Assembly (NCBI GenBank): GCA_964005815.1 | Contig: CAXFSR010000016.1 | Span: 1-64,000 of the forward strand | Source: an uncultured Nitrospinaceae bacterium | GTDB taxonomy: Bacteria; UBA8248 | DNA length: 64,000 nt | Direction of reading: 5' to 3' | In this document: piece after piece, positions 63,552 to 64,000 of the stretch | Numbering within the stretch: the stretch's first letter is position 1 | Layout of the letters: the number at the start of each line of letters is the position of its first letter | Position numbers and translations under genes: made by a program | Notes under the pieces: generated by a model | Seen by the model: only the letters and a program-made list of their open reading frames with translations | What the model was told of the DNA's origin: nothing | Database searches by the model: none

Positions 63552-64000
63552 ATGCCACGTATCAACTCAAGTACTGCTCTAAGATCTATGTTATTCACGC
63601 CTGGAAGTAGTGAGAAAATGCTTTCAAAATCTTTAACCTCTCCTTCGGATGCCTCTCTCTATGATATAGAGGATTCTGTAGCTGAGGACATGAAATCAAA
63701 AGCAAGAGAGTTAGTAGGAGAAATAATCAAAGAAAATGAGAATTCTAACGAAGCACCGCCAACGGTGCTTGTGAGAGTTAACGATGTAAATTCAGAACAC
63801 TTCGAAAAAGATATAGATGCAATTGCAACTTCTGGATTAGATGGGATTTTTCTCCCAAAACCTGAAACAGAAGCAGACGTAAGAAAAGCGGACGCCATAA
63901 TTACTAAATTCGAGACAGAAAGGAAACTCGAAATCAACAGCATTGCAATCATTCTTCAAATGGAAAGTGCTCTTGGTATATATAATTGTTTCAACCTGTG
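63552..64000 (+). CDS. CitE/HpcH-family CoA-ester lyase (citryl-/malyl-/citramalyl-CoA lyase-like), 5' part, runs off the window
   Basis: Not in the ORF track. ATG 63552 reads MPRINSSTALRSMLFTPGSSEKM...DIEDSV...VRVN...D...GIFLPK...MESALG. Confidence 0.88.
   Translation, partial: MPRINSSTALRSMLFTPGSSEKMLSKSLTSPSDASLYDIEDSVAEDMKSKARELVGEIIKENENSNEAPPTVLVRVNDVNSEHFEKDIDAIATSGLDGIFLPKPETEADVRKADAIITKFETERKLEINSIAIILQMESALGIYNCFNL

Overview
AT-rich, very densely packed bacterial chromosome segment with about 68 CDS (two partial at the edges), mostly on the minus strand. It is almost all core housekeeping: topA(3' end)-trmFO-xerC-hslVU-argBDFG; plsC-DUF721-TPR-LolB-like-ispE-prs-rplY-pth-hppA-rpsF-ssb-rpsR-rplI-dnaB-alr-mlaF-tgt-yajC-secDF; pmm-yqaA-manC-uppP; aroB-aroQ-M24 peptidase-efp-NIPSNAP; an LpoA-like lipoprotein; rplU-rpmA-obgE-proB-nadD-rsfS-dksA-rpiB-nrdR-eno-tkt-ctpA-tsaD-dusB-SDR; mnmA, leuA, rsmD, pfkB; and a 2-oxoacid dehydrogenase E1a-E1b-E2 operon running into a CitE-family lyase. 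The gene order resembles Desulfobacterota/Nitrospinota/Nitrospirota-grade diderm bacteria. The Na+-type pyrophosphatase and tight packing suggest a streamlined, possibly marine lineage; both of these are inference. I saw no tRNA, rRNA, CRISPR array, prophage, IS element or defence island. The best leads are: (1) rsfS apparently starts at a non-canonical ATT and is in frame with nadD; (2) an E3-less 2-oxoacid dehydrogenase is coupled to a CoA-ester C-C lyase, possibly a new hydroxy-oxoacid catabolic route; (3) a phased DnaA-box array with an IHF-like site sits in an intergenic region with no dnaA nearby; (4) Tgt has altered base-pocket residues; (5) DksA and S18 are zinc-free forms; (6) a Na+-PPase gene is inserted in the ribosomal-protein operon; (7) the usual operon partners are missing repeatedly. 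All calls come from motif recognition by eye; no searches were run.
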